64,000 bases of DNA from Psammoneis japonica (taxonomy: Eukaryota): contig QPGO01000130.1 of the NCBI GenBank assembly GCA_008632985.1, positions 124,001-188,000 on the forward strand. The letters run 5' to 3'. The translations under genes and the position numbers were made by a program. Position 1 is the first letter of the stretch. Every line of letters begins with the position of its first letter. The notes under the pieces were generated by a model. It was not told where the DNA came from and did not search any database. It saw only the letters and a program-made list of their open reading frames with translations. Below are positions 52,400 to 61,563 of this stretch, piece after piece.

Positions 52400-53950
52400 A
52401 AGAAGATGAAAAGATGACCAATGTGGAGTGCAATCAGCACACAATGTGCTCATTGCACATGGTAAAATCTACTTCAACTGGAACAAGCAGAGTGGTCAAG
52501 AACAATGCAAACACTGCAATGTGAGCATGGTCTTGAAACAGTTGATTTGCAAGGGGCAACAACAGATGACCACATGGCATGTGCTGAATGAGCATTTCTC
52601 CATTTCCACAACTTGTCAAATTGCAACAACAATGTTCAACTCAACAAGCAGCAAATGAGAACAGCTTGAGAGTTGCATGGTCAACGTGATCTTGAAATGG
52701 CCAATTTGGAGTGTGCAATGATGTGGGGCCAATCTGGTCTGCAAACGGCCATCATTTTTCTCCATTTGCACAACTTGTCAAATTTGATGCTCTCTCAAAA
52801 AAGGGGCTTGTTGTGCATGATTGGTGCAAAAACCACAAAAACTAGAACAAGCAGCAAGCAAGAACATGACATGAGTTGCAATTTTGACATGGTCTGCAAA
52901 TGGCTAATTTGGAATGTGCAATGGCAGATGACCAATGTGGTGTGCTGTTGGCCATTTTTCCATTTGTGTGGCTTGTCAAATTCATTGGTCTCCTGTGCAA
53001 TGTGCTTGTCACAACAACCAGAACAAGCAATGGACAAGAAAATGATGTGAAAGCTGCAAGCAACATCAACATGGTCTTGAAACGGCCAACTTTGAAGGGG
53101 CAATGACAGACAACCAGTGTGGTCTGCCAATGGCCACATTTCCATGTTTGTGCAACTTGTCAAATTTAATGCTCTCCTGTGCAACGCACTTTTTGCATGT
53201 TGCAACAACAAGTCCCAACAAGCAGCAAAAGAGAATGAAATGAGAGTTGCAATGTCAACATGGTCTTGAAAGGGCTGATTTAGAGTGTGCAATGACAGAC
53301 AACCAATGTGGTCTGCAAATGGCCATTTCCATTTGTGCAAAGAATTGAACTCATCGCTCACCTGCAAAATGTTCTTGTTGTGCATCGCACAAAATTGCAA
53401 TGACTGGAACAAGTGGAAAATGGGAATGACACAAAAGCTGCAATGTTGTGCAGTCATGAAATGGACAACTTGGCATGTGCAATGACAGATGACTGGTGTG
53501 GTCTTGAAAAAACCCATTTGAAGGGGCAATGACAGATGATTTGTGTGGTTTGCAATCAGCAATTTTTCCATTTGCGCAACTTGTCAAATTTGTTGCTCTC
53601 CTGTGCAATGTGCTTCTTGCATGTTGGAAAAATGACAACAACCAGAACATGCAGCAGACAAGAATGATGCAAAAGTTGTGATGTTTTGACATGGTCTTGA
53701 AATGGCTGATTCTGAAGAGATTGCAACAGATGACTGACTTGGTCTGCAGTTGGCCATTCATCTGTTTTTGCAAATTGTCAAGTTGGTTTCTCTCTTGCAC
53801 AATGTGTTTTTTGTGCACCACAAGAAAGACAATTGCCAGAACAAGCAGCACATGAGAACAGTGCACAAGTTGTGACGTTGGTGTCTCCATTTGTGCAACT
53901 TGTCAAATTTTGTTTCTCTCCTGTGCAACACACTTTTTGTGCACTGCTGC
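52400..53950. repeat. Diverged satellite-like tandem array, about 8 units of 130-240 bp
   Basis: Core TCCATTTGTGCAACTTGTCAAATTT or a variant near 52599, 52761, 52959, 53140, 53328, 53567, 53758 and 53886, usually with ATGGTCTTGAAA upstream. Confidence 0.8.
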
Positions 53951-55310
53951 CCTGCAGACATCTTCACTGGGTCCACTGCACAAACTGGACATTGCCTTTG
54001 TAACATGCGTGCATGGGGATGTCCAGTGTGTGTTCTGGACTGTGCACTTCATTCAACTGGGAAAGAAATTGCCCCATTGGCAACCACGCTCCTGCTGAGG
54101 TCTCTTCCTCTGTTCGAGTCACACCCCACTCCAGTGAGGTGCCCCCAGTCCTCAACCTGCAGACTGGCAGCATGACTCCCCAGTGTTCCATTGTCTTTGA
54201 GACAATTGTTCACTGCCACATCATCAATTGCAGGGGAGAGTGACCTGGCAACAAGCCACTGGGAAGAACTGCATCTGGTGCAATCTTTTCAGATTCCCAT
54301 GGAAAAAACCAGCTGGTCCATCTCAATGACAGCTGGCTGACTCTAGACAAACTGCAGCAATGCAAACAGAGGGAGCGTCACACCCCACTCCAGTGAGGTG
54401 CCCCCAGTCCTCAACCTGCAGACTGGCAGCATGACTCCCCAGTGTTCCATTGTCTTTGAGACAATTGTTCACTGCCACATCATCAATTGCAGGGGAGAGT
54501 GACCTGGCAACAAGCCACTGGGAAGAACTGCATCTGGTGCAATCTTTTCAGATTCCCATGGAAAAAAACCAGCTGGTCCATCTCAATGACAGCTGGCTGA
54601 CTCTAGACAAACTGCAGCAATGCAAACAGAGGGAGCATGCACAAGGTGCTTGTGCCCACATGCTGGGTTTGAACCACCTGCCCCAGACACATTGGCATTG
54701 AAGCAACCAAGGGCTCTTGAGTCACACTGGATCTGCCACAACTGCTGCCTTCTGAGTCCCATCTGCCACACCTGCTGCTGCCTCTGAGTCTCTGCTGAGT
54801 CTCTGCTGCTGGCTCCTTTTCTGCAATTTTGATGACACCAGAACCTCTCCCAACTGCTGTTCCAGAGGGAGCTCCCTCACTGCACCAGTCAAGTTGATTG
54901 GCCAAGAGGGGCAGAGATGGTCTGCAATGCTTGTGGATGAAGCTTTTTTTGTTCCAGTCAACTTACAAGATGAGCTTCATGGAACTGCAGCACAGTTGGC
55001 ACATCTGGCAACTCTGGACACCTGCTTTGACATGGAAACATGCAGCATCAATGATCCCATTGTTTGTGCAACTGCTGAAAAGCACAAAGACCCTGACACA
55101 CACCACATTTGTGTGAAGCTGTGTCAGTCATGTGAAGCTGCTGACAAATGAGTCAAGGTGATAAAAATTGAGATCAACATGCTGCTCCACCATTGTGCAC
55201 GGGATGTGGTGCCAAGAACCTCTGACATGAATGCATTGCCAGGTGCGTGGGCTTTCAAGCCCAAACAACTCCCTGACAGTGCACTTTTGAAGTGTGAAGC
55301 TCCCCACCAG
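53950..55310 (+). mobile_element. Degenerate Ty1/Copia (CoDi-like) fragment: post-integrase region to RT start
   Basis: WGCPVCVLD (for WGCPVYVLD), GKKLPHWQPRS, HSSEVPPVLNLQTGSMTPQCSIVF, DPDT and MNALPGAWAFKPKQLPD. Confidence 0.85.
54118..54636 (+). repeat. Near-perfect tandem duplication of 259 bp
   Basis: Units 54118-54376 and 54377-54636; the only difference seen is one A in a homopolymer run. Confidence 0.93.
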
Positions 55311-55329
55311 TTCACCAAGCAACCACTCA

Positions 55330-56207
55330 GTGTTGAAAGATGAAAGTTCAACTCAGGCTGAAAGCCCTTCTTGGTGTTGGTCTTTTGCTTTGCATTGGAA
55401 GACCTGCGACTCTTGCCACCTCTTCCACAGCCACAACTTTGGCCTTGGTTCTTGCCACCTCCTCTGTTGCTCACAGTGCATGATCTCAGCATTCAATTGG
55501 CTGTGTGTGGGTTGGCATTTTGCTCCAAGCACTCAGTGCTGTGCTTGTGACTCTTTGGAGTGAATGTTGAACCAGCAAGTCAATGTCGCCAAACGGGAAT
55601 CCTCTGAGATCTCCTGTGATGCTTGTTGCACTTGCCTTGGTGGTCTGCAGTGGCCACAGGTTACCTGCAGTGTCAGTGGCCTGGAAGACATGCCAAGAAT
55701 GGCGGTGGCCTTTCTGTGCTTTGAGTCTGGAAGGAATTTCTCTGTTGCATCTTTCATGAATTTCAGTCCGCCGAAGAAACATTCAGAGCAATTGAGACAA
55801 AGTTTGCCTTTGTCAACATTCAGGCATTTGCGTTTTACTGTTGTGGTCTTACTCTGTTCTACTTGGCGTGGCACTGCAGTGGCAGACAAAGATGCAAGAG
55901 AGTGCAAAAGGTGCACCAACTGCTGGTTCAGCTGCAAAAGGCAGCAAGGTTCAATCCGTTTCTGATGCATCGCATCTTCACACTGGAAGCGTTCCTGATC
56001 TTGAACAAGGGGCAATTGGAACCAGCCTTGGCAAAGTTTGATGCTGCAATTGAATGGGCGCGAGAGTTCAAGAGTCCCTGCGACAAGGCCGTTGCCTGTG
56101 AGCACGCCGCGATTTCACTAAAAACGAAATTGACCGCGGTTAACCTGTTTGATCGTTGGGGAGTCGCAGCAAAAGTCGAACAACTGCGGCGCAAGTATAG
56201 TCTTTGA
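55330..56207 (+). pseudogene. Decayed 3' part of an AAA-ATPase/TPR-like 'transcriptional regulator' family gene
   Basis: C-terminus FDAAIEWAREF....KAVACEHAA...FDRWGVAAKVEQL resembles the Y..WGA.AKV tail of that family. The upstream part is frameshifted and TG/CA-rich. Confidence 0.55.
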
Positions 56208-56337
56208 TCGTGAACGCAAACGATGGAGAAAGAAGCGGAAACACGGAAAACACAACCCAATCGAATGTTTAATGGGTGCGTAGTATGCTTTCAATGGCAT
56301 GAGCACTATCATTGTTCATAAATACAACTATGTAAAA

Positions 56338-57660
56338 CTACGCGTACTCGCGGACACCCTTGCTCTTGGCGTATTCGTCCACCGCCACACATCCAGCCTG
56401 GTCCTTCCACACCGCATTGTTCCGACGCAGACAGGTGCGAATGTTCATGCCCGTGGTATCACGCTCCATAATGTCGTGTCCACACTCCTCCACCAGAAAC
56501 TTGACGGCGAGCAAGCTTCCATTCTCGGCCGCCAAGTGGGTGGGAGGTTTCTTGCCAAACACAACGTCGGTGGTGGCATGGGAGTTGGCCCCGTTCTTTA
56601 CGAGCATTCGAGCAAGTTCGACTTGGTTGGTGTAGCACGCCCACGCAACGGGGGCACTGTCGGCTCGGGTGACCATTACCAGGGTCCGTGGATCCGTCGC
56701 CAACCACTCCGCAATCTCGAAATTCCCACGACGTGCCGCCCACTCCAGGGCATTTAGGCCGTATCCACGGACAGTAATGTCGGTAATGTCCGCGATGCTT
56801 CCGTCCGGCTTTGGGCCCGAAATACTAATAACGTGCAAGACCAGCGGTAGGATCTCCTTGGCGAGCTCTATATCATTCAAGGTGCCGCAGGCCAACAAGA
56901 ACTGATTCGTCGGGTGCAACTCCTTGACGTCCGAAAAATACTCGGTGCGTTGAAAGGTTCCGCGCTTCCCGGCGCTGTCTTGTGCCATGGTTCTCTGGAG
57001 CATGGCAAATTTTTGGTCGCCAAACGCTCGACGCAAGTTTTGCTCCGCCGCCGGGGAGGCAAAAAAGGTACCGGGCTGTTCGTTTCCGCGCAATTCTCCG
57101 TTGGTGGAAAAGAAAGTCAGATTGTGGGCTTCTGGATGGTAGCTGTACGAATAGTTCCCGACCCCAGAAGCTTCTGTACATGCGCTGCCCGACTTGGCTC
57201 GTTGCTTCCGCTCCTTCTTGGTGCTTCTGCGGTCGTGCTTGAGCTGTCTGCAAACGAGCTTATGCTCTGGCCAGGCAGCCTTTTGACAGGCCTTGGAGCA
57301 GTACTCAATATTTTTACAGGAGAGGCACTGCTTCAACTCTTCTGTTTCTTCGGCTTTGCCGCACCAACTGCAAAAGGTGCCAGCGGCTTGCATCACGATT
57401 TGGGAGTCGGGATCGGTGCGTTTGTGCAACCCCTCGTGGGCTGCCGCGCGGACCGGTTTGGCCTTTTTCTTCTTGGTATTTCGTTCGTTGGTTGCCGGCA
57501 CAATAGACCGATTGATTTCCTTGCCGGCCTCCACGCAGTCCTTGCATCGCCTCTCGCGGCGGCACATCCATTGCTTCTTGGAAAAGGCGGCTTTCGGCAG
57601 ATGTTCTCCGCACGCACCGCAGAGCTTTTCTTCTTCTCCTTGGCCGTTTTCGGAATTCAT
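56338..57660 (-). CDS. MYND zinc finger plus ankyrin-repeat protein with an N-terminal CxxC domain
   Basis: CSWC...CLSCKNIEYCSKACQKAAWPEHKLVC; ankyrin-like ALEWAARRG and PTHLAAENG; intact 440-aa ORF. Confidence 0.9.
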   Translation of the reverse strand: MNSENGQGEEEKLCGACGEHLPKAAFSKKQWMCRRERRCKDCVEAGKEINRSIVPATNERNTKKKKAKPVRAAAHEGLHKRTDPDSQIVMQAAGTFCSWCGKAEETEELKQCLSCKNIEYCSKACQKAAWPEHKLVCRQLKHDRRSTKKERKQRAKSGSACTEASGVGNYSYSYHPEAHNLTFFSTNGELRGNEQPGTFFASPAAEQNLRRAFGDQKFAMLQRTMAQDSAGKRGTFQRTEYFSDVKELHPTNQFLLACGTLNDIELAKEILPLVLHVISISGPKPDGSIADITDITVRGYGLNALEWAARRGNFEIAEWLATDPRTLVMVTRADSAPVAWACYTNQVELARMLVKNGANSHATTDVVFGKKPPTHLAAENGSLLAVKFLVEECGHDIMERDTTGMNIRTCLRRNNAVWKDQAGCVAVDEYAKSKGVREYA

Positions 57661-59854
57661 AGTAATACGGTCGTCGCTATTCTGTGTTTAACTTTTGATG
57701 TTTCGATCTGTTTTGTAGGTGTAGTAGGCGGCATCCTCAAGTCAAATAAAAAGATACCATGGCAGAACCAATTTTTTCGGACAGGCGGCTGAATGAAGAA
57801 CATTGTACTGTTGTGTAGAATTTGTACAGACCGACAGTACCGTACTAAAAAAGTCTGTCAATCTGTGCGTTATGGGTTTTGGTGAACGCAGGACAGACTC
57901 AACGTCTTTTGCTGTACCATGCGCGTAAAAATTTGGAATGGCACTGACAAAACCCCCAAACCCACTGACGAGCAGACTTTTTTCAGCCACGTCCCCACCC
58001 CAACACTGGATGTTCCATCTCCTGCGGAAGTGCATGACCTCGCATCATGCAGGACATGAGTGTTTGGTGATCCTCGTGTGTGAAGAACACACCGTGTTGA
58101 ACGTTTGTTGGTGCACCAATGCTGGAACATTCACACTGCACCAGCCAGCAGTCGCCCCGGCCGCCCTGCAGGGATGGGTGAGGAGGCGGGAGCTCAGCCG
58201 CCCACTGCACCAACAGAAAGTTTGCATCCCTCCACCCTGCCCCACATGCAGACTCAAGAAGTTTGCAGCACAGCGGTGCCAGACAGGAACCATGGGAGCA
58301 AGAAAATTGGCACTTGGGCCGCGCCCCCATGAGGATGCAACTTGCACACCTCACTGCAGTTCAGCAGGAGCCCATGCAAGAAATGTTGAGCCACCCAGGA
58401 ATCCCAGCATCAAAGTTTGCATCCCCCCAGGAACACAAGGGTGACAAGTGCATGTGGTCAGAGGAACAACAACTGCAAAAAAGTCTGCACCCCCCTGGAA
58501 CCCCCACAAAAAGTTTGCATTCCTTTTTGTGGTGCTCCCTGCACGCCCCACAAGAAAGTTTGCAGCCTTCCACAAATGCAAGTGTGAGAAGGCAAAAAAA
58601 ATGGACAAGTCTCCCCCCTCCATGGCCCAGCCAGGAGGGTGTGACAACAATGACATTCTGCACAAGCGGCAATTGCAAATGAGACATGTTCACCTTTCTG
58701 CAGCTCACAGTCATTGGGTTCACAGGCAGATGGCCTGACTCTCCAAATTCTTTGCAAAAGAAGTGAGAAACAAGATGAAAAGAGGCTGGCTCTGCACCCT
58801 TGGTCTTGCCACAAGACAGTTTCTTGACATCAGCTGAAGTGAGACTGAGCAGACTCCTCAGTCTCACAGCAGCATCAGATGCAAATCTGTCCACTGAACC
58901 GGCTCTTTGTGATTTGATCAATGACAGGAGATGCAAGGGGCTCAGCAGTGTGGTGCCTTCAGAAAACAATTGTGAAGATCACCTTCTCAGACTCTGAAGC
59001 AACAGTTGTTGCACCAGGCTTGTGAAGCAAAAGCGTGCTCTTGAGTTGCTCCAACCATGGTTTTCTCTCTTCAATTAAATCTGCCTGCCATCCCAAATGT
59101 TCTCTCAACAAACACTCTGTGCTGCAGTCAATTTTGCTTCCCAGTTCTTGCCATGCACCAAAAAACCAAAGCAGCAGTTGCTGAAATGCAAGCAAAGAGA
59201 GTCAGCTGTTTGCAGACCTTCACAGGACAAATTCTGAGGAGTGGAGGGACAATCCAACCAACCATCTTTGACCCAGTTGATGGGTTTCAAAATCAAATTG
59301 TGGGTTTCTTTGTCAGCTTGATTCCATTTTTGTGTCTTTGATGATTCAATCAGGTGGTCACATTTTTGAGAACATTTTCTGTTTGGCAACTGCAACAGTT
59401 TCCAGCCACTCCAGTGCTGATTGAAGTCATTTTTTCTGGCTCCAATGTCATCCCCAGAGTGATGCTGCGAGTCATGTGACAACTCAAATTGGGATTGTGA
59501 CCACCTTTTGAATTGCTCTGCATTTGGTTGCAAAGCCCTCTCACATGGGTTGGTGACTTCCACTTCTCTTTTCAGTTGAGAGGAAGAGTGATGAGCATCT
59601 GACATTCACAGATGACTGTTGCCCCGTGCATCATGGATTTGTTGCCATTGAGTCTTCCAGTGATGGCAACCAGAGTTGCATTTCTCAACCACTGGCTCAA
59701 TTTTTCTCCATGATCCTTTGAGAAATCTTCTCACAATTTGCATCTTTGGAGCATCTTGTTGTCCCCTTGCCACATCTGTCACATCCTCTGTGTTGCACTG
59801 TGCAGCCTCAAGAGAGGTCACTGTAATTGCATTGAATTGTTGCACCCCATTTGT

Positions 59855-60175
59855 TGAATTTTTTTCATTGGGGCTGCCAAAACAGGGCATTGGTCTTTGG
59901 AGCAACTTGCAAGGGAGGCAGTTTTTCATGCTGACAATGGGAAGTCTTTCTTGTGCTTTGTTGTCAGTGCCACTAAAAAAAAAAAAGAACTGCTGGTTGG
60001 TTCTTTGAAAATCATCACCATTTGTGTTGCCCTGCCACTCCAGAACACAGAGGGTTGTCATGGGTGCAAGTCTAGAGAATTCCAAAGCAAACCTTCTTTG
60101 TTTCATTGTGTCAGGCTTCATTGGTGTGGGACAACAATGGCTTGTGCTGCCAAGGTCATCATGGTTCTTGACCTC
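59855..60175 (-). pseudogene. Decayed partial copy 1 of the 45341-45865 gene (5' half and upstream sequence)
   Basis: GAGAATTCCAAAGCAAA, AAAACAGGG.ATTGG, GGCTTGTGCTGCC and CATGGTTCTTGACC are shared; MKQRRFALEFSR versus MKQRSFALEFSR. Confidence 0.88.
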
Positions 60176-61244
60176 TCAGCTTTCATTGGTGGATGCAATG
60201 CTGCCAGCAAGCCAAGAAAACAAGAGGCCAAACACAATGAGAGAAATCTCTTGTGGGGGTGGCCAAGCTCTTGCCAGAGTTGCAATCTTGCATGCACGCA
60301 CAAGCAACAGCAGACAGCAGTGCAGATGTGGAAGATGGACAGACAGTGGACAAAACAAGACAAGGCGGGCCAACCCAAGCACCCCCCCTTGCTCTTGGCA
60401 AGCAGTTGGCAACATGGGGTCATTTGCAACAAGCCAGAAATGGTGCCCCACACTGAACCCAGCCCTCTGTTCGTGCAGTGGCAGGGAACAACTCCTTTTC
60501 TTGGGTGTGTGTGAGGCACTCTAGAGAGCCATGGACAGGACCCACTTGTTCACCTTGCCAGCCACAGTTGCTGAAATGCAGGCAAAGAGAGTCAACTGTT
60601 TGCAGACCTTCACAGGACAAATTCTGAGGAGTGGAGGGACAATCCAACCAACCATCTTTGACCCAGTTGATGGGTTTCAAAATCAAATTGTGGGTTTCTT
60701 TGTCAGCTTGATTCCATTTTTGTGTCTTTGATGATTCAATCAGGTTGTCACATTTTTGAGAATTTTTTCTGTTTGGCAACTGCAACAGTTTCCAGCCACT
60801 CCAGTGCTGATTGAAGTCATTTTTTCTGGCTCCAATGTCATCCCCAGAGTGACGCTGCGAGTCATGTGACAACTCAAATTGGGACTGTGACCACCTTTTG
60901 AATTGCTCTGCATTTGGTTGCAAAGCCCTCTCACATGGGTTGGTGACTTCCACTTCTCTTTTCAGTTGAGAGGAAGAGTGATGAGCATCTGACATTCACA
61001 GATGACTGTTGCCCCATGCATCATGAATTTGTCACCATTGAGTCTTCCAGTGATGGCAATCAGAGTTGCATTTCTCAACCACTGGCTCAATTTGTCTCCA
61101 TGATCCTTTGAGAAATCTTCTCACAATTTGCATCTTTGGAGCATCTTGTTGTCCCCTTGCCACATCCATCACATCCTCTGTGTTGCACTGTGCAGCCTCG
61201 AGAGAGGTCACTGCAATTGCATTGAATTGTTGCACCCCGAGTGT

Positions 61245-61563
61245 TGAATTTTTTTCATTGGGGCTGCCAAAACAGGGCATTGGTCTTTGGAGCAACTTGC
61301 AAGGGAGGCAGTTTTTCATGCTGACAACAGGAAGTCTTTCTTGTGCTTTGTTGTCAGTGCTGCTAAAAAAAAAAGAACTGCTGGTTGGTTCTTTGAAAAT
61401 CATCACCATTTGTGTTGCCCTGCCACTCCAGAACACAGGGGGTTGCCATGGGTGCAAGTCCAGAGAATTCCAAAGCAAACCTTCTTTGTTTCATTGTGTC
61501 AGGCTTCATTGGTGTGGGACAACAATGGCTTGTGCTGCCAAGGTCATCATGGTTCTTGACCTC
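61245..61563 (-). pseudogene. Decayed partial copy 2 of the 45341-45865 gene
   Basis: Same segment in the second unit of the 1390-bp duplication. Confidence 0.88.

Noticed and set aside
52400..53950. CRISPR array
   Set aside because: Eukaryotic context, degenerate repeats, long irregular and mutually related spacers, and no cas genes.
54118..54636. 259-bp direct repeat as a pair of LTRs
   Set aside because: The units are adjacent and lie within Copia coding sequence. This is a recent tandem duplication or an assembly artefact.
56914..57792. Long antisense ORFs over real genes (also 44102-44887 and 45189-45878)
   Set aside because: They are shadows of the opposite-strand coding sequences and have no motifs of their own.
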